From Lama guanicoe (taxonomy: Eukaryota), in NCBI GenBank assembly GCA_013239625.1, contig MU054338.1:4489371-4553370 (forward strand): DNA of 64,000 nucleotides, written 5' to 3'. The notes under the pieces are model-generated. The model saw only the letters and a list, made by a program, of their open reading frames with translations. It searched no databases and was not told where the DNA came from. The position numbers and the translations under genes were made by a program. Of the stretch, positions 49,852-61,800 are shown piece by piece (within the stretch, counting starts at the first letter, position 1; the number at the start of each line of letters is the position of its first letter).

Positions 49852-52800
49852 TATAATGCGGCTACTAGAAAATTTAAAATTACACCTGCGGCCCATAGTG
49901 TATTTCTAGCAGTCAGCACTAATCTGTATCGGGGATTGGCGAACTTTTCCTGCAGAGGGCGGTTAGTACGTATTTTAGGCGTTTTGGATAACACAACCTG
50001 TTGCGACTATTCAGCTCTGTTGTTGTAGTGCAAAAGCTTTCACAGGCAACATGTAAATGAATGGGTAAGGTGGTGCTGCAATGAAACTTTTATTGACAAG
50101 AAGAGCCAATGGCCAGGTTGGCCTGAAACTCTCGTTTATCACCTCCTGGTCTACATGCTGTCTTGAGGGCCCAGGGAGCAAGGTGAGGACACATCTCTGG
50201 GGACCGCCGACATTGAAAGGGGAAGCCCAGCAAAGAGATTGAACAAGAATAACCGTAAATGTGGGCAGGAAACTGATTTCCCACTGCAGAGCTGAATTGT
50301 TCCTTAAAAATGCAAATTTGAATCTGTTTTTAAATGTAGCCAAGATTTCTCCAGGTAAATAGCACCACAAGATTTTTTTTTTTTTAATGGTTCTGGTGAA
50401 GGTCACCCACCTGGAAGTCTGCTGGTGTTTCAATCCTCAGAGAAGGCCAGTGATGGCATAGAGATAAATGGGATATTAAAATGTGGCTGAGTGTGGATGT
50501 ATTGGGTCGTCTGTAGTAACTACTAAGCAAATGCTCTCCTTTTTTCTTCTTTGCGTTTGGGGAAAATTGCAGATGTCAACGGGGTGGCCTTTGTCTCCTT
50601 TGTGGGTATGGAGGCTGTTTTAGATGAGAGTTACTTCCAAAACCCTCAGACTCCCTTCGCCAACTCCCAGGAGAAGCTGAAGATGAATTCTCGTGTCACT
50701 GGGGGCATCATAACAGGAGCGAAGAAAGATGGGTTCTCTAAACCTGTCATCTACACTCTGGAGAACACTGAGGTCTGTGAAGAAGTTTCCATTGGGCCCC
50801 CAACTAACTATTGAGAACTTCCCATCTTCTAATGGACTTAACTCTCATTTTTGACAGGGACTCATTAAGACATCAAGTGTCCGCAATTTCTAGCAATTTA
50901 AGCCGATCCTCAAAAACCCACCACTAGAAGGATTAGTTCTCCTCCTTCTGTGTGGCGCTTTCCCATTCACCAGTGGACAGGTTTAGGTTAGATTAAGTAA
51001 CGCTGATGCAGGAACATTTACACAGATTTTATTTACACGTGCTATGACTAAGTCAGTGGTAGAGACAGGTCTGGCACCCAAGATGTTTCTTTTCATCACT
51101 GCACGTAGAGACAGCAGCATTTTCCCCATTCCCTGTAGGACATACCTTCATCTTCTTGAGGTTGGTCAGACTGAATCCATTCAAGAGGGATTCTCAGGTA
51201 ACCAAAGCCTTTGAATTTTCAGCGAAAGAAGAATTTTGAGAGAACTTTCTGTGTTTCCTGGAGCACAGATGTGGAGAGAGGTAGATGGACAACTTCTGGC
51301 TGTGAGATGCTGGAAGCTTCTGAGACGCATACCGTCTGCAGCTGTAATCGAATGGTGAATCTGGCCATCATCATGGCTTCTGGGGATCTCACGGTCAGTA
51401 CTGATGCTCTGTGCTTTGACCCCTCAAATTCAATGGCTAATATTGACTAAATGTTCACTGGGCGCCTCTCATGGCATTGGGTGTTGTGGGAGGGGGCCAT
51501 GGCGGACAGACAGGGTGTGTGCCACACCTTCGCTCTGGGAGAATTCACGGTCTGGCTGGGAAGCCATGACATGCATATATGAAGTGAGGAATGACCCTAA
51601 ACAAGTGTGGGCACAAGAACAATTAAGACCCCATTACTGAGCCTACTCTATGCTGGACTTTTTAAGTTAGATATTTTCAGACCCGTTTTACAGCACTGAG
51701 GCTCAGTAGCCTGTCTCGCCATGAAACTAGTCATCAGTGGAGATGGGGTTTGAACCCAGAATGGTCTGGGTCCAGAGGGCTCTTCCTACAAAATCGTCCA
51801 CAGGCATACCTTGTTTCATTGCCCTTGGCTTTATTGCACTTTGTATATACTGCGTTTTGTGTGTGTGACAAACTGAAGGTCTGTGGCAGCCCTGTGTACA
51901 CCAAGCAATTCAACCGGCATCATTTTCCCAATAGCATGTGCTCACTTCATGTCTCTGTGTCACATTTTGGTAATTCTGACAATATTTCAAACCCTCCACC
52001 AGCAAAAAGATTATGACTCAGTGATGGCAGCATTTTTTTAGCAATAAAATATCTTTAAAGTCTGTACATTTTTTTAGACATATGCTATTACACACTTGGT
52101 AGAGTAGGGTGTAGTGTAAACATGCATTTTACATGCACTGGTAGGGAAACAGTCATGTGGCTCACTGTACTGCCAATATTCGTTTTATTGCAGTGGTCTG
52201 GAATTGAGCCTGTAATATCTCCGCAGTATGCTTGTCAGTGGTGCAACAGGTTGTACCACAGGAATTAGAGTTATGCAGTGAGAACTGGGGATAGATCGGG
52301 GCGAGATGGGACCTGAAATGAGCCCTGGTGAGTGACTAGATTTGGTAGCGAGGAAGGACGTGCTCATCAGTGCTGTGGTGAGTATCCTTGCCTCTCACGC
52401 CAGATCTGAGGTTCAGTTCTCTGCCAGGGAAGTCCTGAATGTATTTAGAGGAACGTGAGACTTAGGACTTAAGAGACTTGGATTCAGTGCAAGACTGACT
52501 TAGTTTCAAGTCTCATCTCGATCACTTTCTAGCTGTGTTTCCTAGGGCAAGTCACTCAACCTCTCTGAGCTGTGCCCAGGTCTCTCATCTCAAAAATGAG
52601 CACAACAGAAAAATAATGATGAACACTAACGTTTATAGAGGGCATAATGTGCTTCCTGCTCTGCTGTGATTACTTTCGATATTTTCTCTGAAGTCTCCTG
52701 GAACAGTCCTGTAAGGTAGCTACTGTTAGCAGCTATGCTCTTTTTGACAGATGAGGAAACTGAGGCACAGAGCAGTTAAGTATCTTGCTCAAACTCATAC

Positions 52801-55800
52801 AGCTAGAAACTGGCAGAAACGTAGTCATCCTGAGACCATAGAGAAGAGGTAGTGAGATGGTGCCTGGCATATCTTTAACACACAGAAAGCACCCAAATAA
52901 ATTTAAAATTTATGATAAATGATGGCATAGGGGGAGGACTCAACTGGTCATGTCCACTCTCAAAGCTGGGGCATCTGTGTGTCTATAATCGGTCCTGTTT
53001 CAGTTCAGGAAACAGGAACCACTCTAGGTATTTCAAACAGAAAAGAATTTAATACAGGGAACTGAATGCTCAAAGAATCGTGGAAGGGAAGGAGGAGGCT
53101 GCCACTTCGATTTTGGCTTCAAGATCACCCCTCTGCAGCTGTAATCCAGAGGTCAGAAATTACTGCAGACAGGTCACCCCACAACCACATAATTAAAGAC
53201 CGGACGGTTGGAATATGGAGTCCAGCCACAGCTCATTCCTGTCTGCAGAAAACTGGTATCTGCCTCCATTCGGCCTTTCAAAACTTACATGTGTGCATCT
53301 CACTGGAAAATCTAAATGACATGCAGAACCTTACCCCAAGAGATTATGGGCAATGTGGTTTGTAGACACCTGTCCTACAGGGAAGGGGCACGGGGCAGGG
53401 GGGAGGATGGGCGCTGATGGATGCCAGAGGACGGCGGTGACCAATATCTAGTTCACTCTGAGTATCGGATGGAGACAAGATCCCCAAGCCACGAGCCTGG
53501 ATAATTCTTTTTTCTGCCTGGGGGGATATTAGTCCCTCTCTGAGGCCAACAGTGTGTCTCTTTTCTGACAGATGGAGTTCGCCTTGTATGTCATCAGCCA
53601 TGTGGGCATCATCGTCTCCCTGGTGTGTCTCACCATGGCCATCATCACCTTCCTTCTGTGTCACACCATCCACAACCAAAACACCTACCTCCACCTGCAC
53701 CTCTGTGTGTGCCTCTTCTTGGCCAAGCTTCTCTTCCTCACCGGTGCAGACAAGACTGATGGAAAGGTCTCACATCCCTCAGACTGTGTCCCCATTCAGC
53801 CCCATCATCCCCACATCTGCCTCTGCTCATCCCTCCCTAACTCCTCTATGCTTGCTTCCACCTCAGGACCTTTGCACATGCTGTGCCCGCTTTCCTAACT
53901 CATTCCCCAGCTTCTCACCTAGTTGACTCCTCTGAGTGATAAGTCTCAGCTGAAAATCATTTTCCTGATCATGTTATGTATTGTGATGGCCCCTCCTATT
54001 ATTCTTGAAGCCATTGGTTCTCACCCAGGATGATTCTGCCCCCTTGGGGACCCTGGGAATATCTGGAGATATTGTTAGTTGTCCACACTTGGAGAGGACG
54101 CTGCTGGCATGTAGTGGGTGGAGGCCAGGGATGCGGCTAAACATTCTGCAGTGCACAGGACAGCATTCCTCCCCAGGACAGAAAAGAATCTGGCAATAGT
54201 GTTACAAATAGTGGTGCTGCCGGTGAGAAGTTCTACTGCTTGTCACTCTAATTTGCTTCCTTTCCCAGCACCGATTTGAAATTATGTTGATTCTTTGTTT
54301 CACTTGTGTATCTACTTCCCCCAGTAGCCTATGTGCAGGAAAGCAAGAGCATTACCCAATTTGCCCCCAGTAACTGTGCCAGAGACAGTAAACTCAGCGT
54401 TTTTCCAAAGGAAGCACTACCAGCATTTGGGGTGGGGCGACCATCCTTCCTGCAGAGCTCCCCCTCTCACTGCAGGATGTTTTTCTCTCCAGACCCCTTG
54501 AAATCTAAATGCTAGTCGTGCGCCCCACTCCCATCATGTGACCAAAAGTGGGCAAACTTCTGTAAAGAGGCCGATACGAATATTTTTGGCTTTACAGATC
54601 CTATGTGCTCTGCCAAGACTATTCAGCGCCACTGTTCTACTGCAAAAGCAGTCACAGAGGATGCATACATGGCGGTAGCTGTGTGCCAACGAAATATCTT
54701 TCACAAAACAAGCAGCCAGCTTAAGGCTGTAGTTTGGGGACCCCTCCCCTCCCCCCATATCATCAAACATTCCCTAAAGCCGGGCGATCAGCTTTCCGTT
54801 TTCCCCCAGGCTCTCCCAGTGTTAGCACTGAAAGTTCCACGTCCTGAGAAAGCTCAGTTCCAGGCAAACCAGGATGACTGGTCCCCCTACCAAAGGGATG
54901 GAGCCACCTGCGGTGAAGAATTCTCTCTAAATATTTGTGGGATAGATGAAGGGACCGTTCTGGGGAGCTCCAATCAAAGCAGCCCCTGCTCTGCCCTCTT
55001 CCTCTGAGCACACCACCTGGCCCAGGGGAGCCTGAAGGTGCGGCCTCTCCTCTGCAGGTGGGCTGCGCCATCATCGCCGGCTTCCTGCACTACCTTTTCC
55101 TTGCATGCTTCTCCTGGATGCTGGTGGAAGCCGTGATGCTCTTCCTCATGGTCAGAAACCTGAAAGTGGTGAATTACTTCAGCTCTCGGAACATCAAGAT
55201 GCTGCATCTCTGTGCCTTTGGCTACGGGCTCCCAGGGCTGGTGGTGGCTGTCTCTGCCAGCATACACCCACACGGTTACGGGACGTATAATCGGTAAGTG
55301 ACATCCTTCTATCTCCCTGAAAATTCTCCCCCTCCTCCTCTTCCTGCAGCTCATAGTCTAGAAGGGGAAGATGGACAGTTTACAAATAACTGAACAAGGT
55401 AATTTATGATATTGACATTAGATGTTATTATTATTATGCTTTAAAGCAGCAAGCTCTGCTAGGGAAGGACCAGGGGTAGTGGCTTTTCAGAGGAGGTGAC
55501 ATTTGAGCTGAGATTTGAATGACAAAGTGTTTCAGTGGAGGGGGATTATAAAGGTGATGAAGTGAGAAATGAGCTCTACCCAAGGCATTAAGTGAATATT
55601 TCAGGAACATTCACCCAGGAAGAAGGTCTGAAAGAGGAAAGCTGAAATCTGGCCCATCATGAAAATGTTCATCTCAGTCTTACCTCCTAATATGCTCTTC
55701 CATGAGTGCATTTGACAGGGCGTGAGTAATTTTCGGGTCGGGACTCTGAGACAAGCAGTGACTCCTGTTTCTCTCCGTAGCTGCTGGCTGAATACAGACA

Positions 55801-58800
55801 GAGGGTTCACCTGGAGTTTCCTGGGGCCCGTTTGTACAATTATTGTGGTAAGCCAGTTGCTCGGTGTAGTGTGTTCTGGAGAGGCAGCCGGGAGACCCAA
55901 GGGATCAGGAAGTGCCAGTGGGAACGGCAAAGTTCTGGTCACTTATTCCTCTCAGACGTTCTCCTTTTGGACCCTTGATTCCTGAGATTTCCAAGTTAGA
56001 GTGTAATTTCTTTGATTTGTGATTTTTTTTTATATCAACTGCAGATCCCCTGGGAGGGAACACTTCTTATCTGTACTTCGTGTTTCAGTAAAAATGAGTC
56101 TATAAATCTCTTTTGAGTAGAGGTCTTGAATAAAAGAAGAGGCAGGAAGAAATTGAGAACAGTTCGTTGGTGGGTGGTGTTGAAGGGAGGTAAATGTGGG
56201 GTGGAGGCCAAGGGACGCCTGGAGATTCTTTTTTCAGCTTTATGGAGGTTTAATTGACAAAAGTTGTATATATTTAAGGTGTATAATTTGATATTTTGAC
56301 ATATGTATACATTGTGAAATGATCACCACAATCAAGGTAATTAACAGATTCACCACCTCACATAGCTACCATTTTTCTTTCTCTTTTTATTTTCTTTCTT
56401 TGTTTCTTTGTTTCCTTTTTGGGAGGTGGTGGTGAGAACTACCCTTTTAGCAAATTTCAAGTAAATAATACAGTGTTGTTAACTGTGGTCACCATCCTGC
56501 ACATTAAACTCCAGAATTTACTCACCTTGCATAACTGAAACTTTGTTTCCTTGAAACTTAGACCAATGTCTTCCGATTTCCTCCTCCCCCAAGCCCCTGG
56601 CAGCTCCATTCTACTCTCTGGAAAGCCTGGGGATGCTGGGCACCATCTCCTTGCTTCCTTGCCTCCAATCTAGATTCTCCAGTCCTGCAAGATGAGAATC
56701 TTCTGACTCTCACTCATGGTGGCTTGTTTCCTTGTCACTTGTAATTGTTAAATTGCGAGCTCGTATTTGACTGATCTAAATTTTGGGAAGTCTTGAGGTT
56801 TTATTCCTTCAGAGGGGTTTTGCTCTTATTTCTTTCAGGTTTGGGGGGTCCATGTATCAGAAACTGGGTAGCTTAGAACAACAGAATTGACTCACAGTTC
56901 TGAAGGCTGAAAGTCTGAAGTGAAGGAGTCAGCAAACCACGCTCTGTCTGAAGGCTCTAGGAAAGTGTCTCTTCCCGTTCTGTCCAGCTTCTGGTAGCCG
57001 CAGGCATTTCTTGGCTTGTAGAAGTCTGTCTTCTCCCTGAATCTCTTCGCATTGTCTTCCCTCTGTGCATGTCTGTCTCTGTGTCCAAATCGCCCTGTTT
57101 TACAAAGACATCAGCCGTATTGGATTAGGGCCCACCCTAAAGACCTCATTTAAGTTTGATCACCTCTGGAAAGACTGTATCTCCATAACAGGTTGCATTC
57201 CGAGGTGTGAGGGTTAGGGCTCCAACATACCTTTTTGTTGGGAAGGGGAACAGCCCCATGACAGGGAACTAAATGGTCTTGATTCTAACTTCCTAGATGC
57301 ATCCAATGAACATAAAGGAAGATCATTCAAGAACAAAGAAAGGCTATTTATTAGGAAGTTGCTATAGTAGGGGAGTCAGTCTCCACCAGCACTTGTCAGA
57401 GACTCCAAAGCAGGCAGAGGAGTGGGAACGCACCATAGAGGGAAAAAGGGGCGGCTTCAGGTGTGCCCTGATTGGAGGCTGCAGGCATGGGACGCTATAG
57501 GTAGGCTATCAAAAAGCGGGGCGTCCCATGTGTTTGGTTAGGGGTCCATGATTGCTTTCTCCGTTTGGTCTTGCATTGGAAGCAAGGGCAGAAATTAAGG
57601 AGGCTGTCGATTATTAGTCCAGTTCTGGTCTTTCTTGGGTCGGTTGCTACACAAGTTATTATTCGGCTTCCTGGAATGGTTACCGCAGACTGTGGGCCAG
57701 AGTTCTGCTTTTACAGATGGTCTGGCCATTGTCCGTTTCTATATCCTCTTGACTCCTTCTGCTTGACTTTGTAGGTCAATTCCATCCTCCTGACTTGGAC
57801 ATTGTGGATCCTGAGGCAGAAGCTTTCTAGCGTCAATGCTGAAGTCTCGACACTTAAAGACACCAGGTTTAGTCCCTCCTTCCTTTTCCTCTCCTCTTCT
57901 AGTCTCCTTTCCTTCTTTCCTCAAATGTTTATTGAATACCTTTTGTAAGCCTGGTCCTATGTCCAAAACGGAATAGCACAGTGTTAGATCAGGGACTCTC
58001 AAACCTCAGGTCTGCCATTTAAAAGCTGTGTGACCTTAGGCAAGTTACATAACCTCTCTGAAACTCAGTTTCCTCATCTGTAGAATGGGGATATTAATAC
58101 CACCTACTTCATGTGGCTTATGAAGCATTTAGCTCAGTTACTAGGAGGAGTGAGTGTTTCATATATTAAAACTATTAATAATTTTTCTAATTCTCCTGAG
58201 CATACTCATGTGTACATATTTACAAAGTCAGACTCATACTATCTTATTTTCATAGCCATCTCCCTCTTAATAACATATTTCTGGGAAAACGTTTCCATTT
58301 ACAGTAGTGTTTTTTTATCTGCAGCTTTGCCAACACTAGGATTTATCATTTTTGTTTTTTGCTGAATTAATAGATGACACTTACAATCTCATTATTTTAT
58401 TTTCATTTTTTTAATCCTATGGATATAGGACTTTTCCATATTCCTGTAGACCATCTGCTTTCTTAACTTCATCATTCAACTAAGGGTCACTTGAGGAACT
58501 GGCTAAACCCACACGGTGTCCAGGTTTTATTGTCAAGAAACTGATGGTGTCCTTTGCTTGATTTCCTATCAGTGTCTAATCCCTCACCTTTCTTGAGTGC
58601 TTGTTTCTAAGAGCTATTTTTTAAAAGTTAATGCAGAAAGTTAAAATGTGCAATAGTAAGAAAAATTAAGTTGTAACAAAGTACTATGAAGTCATTCCCT
58701 GAGCCCCTGGGTCCCCAGATCCCTCCTGTCCTAAGCAACCATTATCAAGTGATTTAAGCTTCCTTCTAGAATATTCTATACTTACATGTTCGTCTTCTAT

Positions 58801-61800
58801 TACATAAGTGGTAGGATACTGTACCTATTATTCTGCACTTTGGCTTTTTTCCACATGATATGTAGCTTACTTCATATCAATACTTAAGGTTAAAAACAGC
58901 TAACAAAAATATTTATTTTGTGCCAGACACTGTTCTAAACATCCTTAGGGTCTTCCCATCTCATAATTTAATCTGAACAACAAGAAGGCCGATGTGTGGG
59001 TATTGTGTTATTATTGCTGCGTCTGTTTGAGGAAACTGAGGCACAGTGAGCTAAAGTAACTTACTAGGGCCACAGAGTTCATGAATGGATCAGTTACAAT
59101 TTATTTATAGGCAGTCTGACCCAGAGCCTGGACCCTTGCCCACTCCAGGACACTGTCACTCTCATCTCATTTAAAAAATATTTTTAGAGGAGGGGAGGGC
59201 TCGGTGGTAGGGTGCCTGCTTAACATGCACAAAGTCCTGGGTTCAATCCCCAGCACCTTCATTAAAAAAATAAACTATGAACCTAAAATTAAACCCAATT
59301 ACTCCCCCCCCCAATTTTTTAAAAATAAAAATAAAAAAATGTTTCTATAATCTACTCCCTATCTCTGTAGATTTGCCTATTCTGGACACTTCATGTAAAT
59401 TGAATCACGCACTATGTGGCCTCTTGTGACTGGTTTTTCTCACTGAGCATCACGTGGTCAAGGTTTATCCATGTTGTAGTGCATGCCAGGGCTTCATTCC
59501 TTTTTATGACCAAATAATATTCCACTGTAAGGGTGGATCACATTTTGTTTACCTGTTCATCTACTGATGGACATTTGGGTTGTTTTAGTTGGCAGAGAAC
59601 GGAATGGAGAAGGGTTGCTTAACAGGTACACAGTTTGTTAGGGGGGCTGATGAAAATGTCTTGGAATTGGAAAACGGTGCTATTTGTATATTGTGAACAT
59701 GCTAAATGCCACCAAATCACACACTTTAAATGGCTAAGATGGTTAGTCTTATGTTATGTGTCACCTCAATAAAGAGGAAGACTTCATAGTATTTCATGCG
59801 ATGGCTTCACCATTCACTTAATGTGTCCCAAATTCTTGGACCAGTAGGTCCTTCTAGCCCTTTTTTTTTTCATTTTTCATTTTTATTAGGTAAAGTTGAT
59901 ATAATTTGACTGCACATATTCAATGTACTGCATGTAAGTACATATATACAATATACTGCACATATTTAAAAAATTTACATATATGTACTGTTCATTGTTT
60001 CTAAGGACAGTTTAGAGCTTTAGCTTTTTAAACTTACATAGTCATCAAAGAATAAAGCCACCCACAAAATGGGAATCAACAGAATGCAGTAATCCAATCA
60101 TAAAGGACCGTCAAATGTGCTCACACATATTTAAAAATCAATCATCTAAGTTAGAAATAATAAATAGTTCATTTGTGTCCATTTTTTTAAGATTCGACAT
60201 ATAAGTGATATCATGACATTTTTCTTTCTCTTTCTGGCTTACTTCACTTAGAATGACAATCTCCAGGTCCATCCATGTTGCTGAAAATGACATTATTTTA
60301 TTCTTTTTTATGGCTGAGTGGTATTCCACTGTGTGTGTGTGTGTGTGTGTATGTGTGTGTGTGTGTACCACTTCTTTATCCAGCCGTCTGTTGATGGACA
60401 TTTGGGTTGTTTCCATGTCTTGGCTATTGTAAATAGTGCCGCTATGAACACTGGGGTGCATGAACCTTATCTGCCTCAAATCGTCCCTGCCAGGTTACTG
60501 ACATTCAAAGCCTTTGCCCAGATTTTTATCTTGGGGTGCTCCTGGGTGCTGGGCATCTTCCAGTTTGGACCCATGGCCAGTATCATGGCCTACCTGTTCA
60601 CCGTCATCAACAGCCTGCAGGGAGCCTTCATCTTCCTCATTCATTGTCTGCTCAGCCGCCAGGTATGTAGCTGCTTCCCCCCAGACCCTCTTCTTCCAGG
60701 GGACACGCCTCTGCCCGCACACTTCCCTACAGCTAAGAGTGATTCATCTCTGCCTGATGTGCCTCCACCTTTAGGTACGGGAAGAATACAGGAGATGGGT
60801 CACCAGGAAACCCAAAGCCAGCTCCCAGTCCGTCACCTCAGGGATCTTACTGTCATCCATCCCCTCCACTTCCAAAACGGTGAGAGACTGTGTGTTTCAC
60901 TCAAGTTCTGGTCAGATGGAGTGTCTGCTTCTGAGCAATGCTAGACACCATCATACACTGAGTACCTATCATGAGCTGACCACATCCCCCGTGTATTAGC
61001 TCATCTGGTAAAGTACAGGACCTAAGGGTAGGGGTTTAAGAGCCAGGCTGCCTGGGTTTAAATCCCAGCTCTACCCCTCAGTAGCTATGCAAACTAAAAA
61101 GGTAAAATCATGACTCATAAGGATATAAAAAAAGCATACGTTAAGGATTTTATCCTGCTCATTAATCAGTGAGGGAAACAGCAGATGTTATAATTGGCTC
61201 AAAAGAGAACCCAGAGGACAGACATACATATGTCTTACATCATACATATAATGCATGCAGTGTGTATAATGTAAGCATAACACATAGCACACATATAACG
61301 TATACAATGTACACAATGTTCATAATGTATACATAATACACAAGATATACAAATGGTCTTTGTGTTCTCTTTTGACCCAATTATAACAGCTGTCTGGTTC
61401 CCACATTGATAATTATGTATAGTTACATGTTATATACATAGCATTATATGTTATATAAATATATAATTATATATAAATTTATTATATAATTATACATAAA
61501 TATATGATATTATATAATTATACATATACATGTATTATATATTATATAATTATTAACATTATATATAAAATTCATATAGTATATGTAAATTATATACATA
61601 ATTTCAAGAATATTGAAATGAATGTGCAAGTAGAGGCAAAACGGATTTTTCCATGAAATTGTTTTCCATCCTTGTCAGTTATTTAAAATTTACAGCATTG
61701 TAAAATAACTCCACTGTAGGTCAGACTCGAGTAATCTGGAGGGGTATCCTTTGACAATTGCATCATTTTTCCACCGAAGCGCACACTTCTCTCTACACAG

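Noticed and set aside
60318..60944. 208-aa ORF as an L1-ADGRE1 fusion
   Set aside because: Chance read-through of antisense L1/(TG)n into the true exon 60494-60662 and on into the intron.
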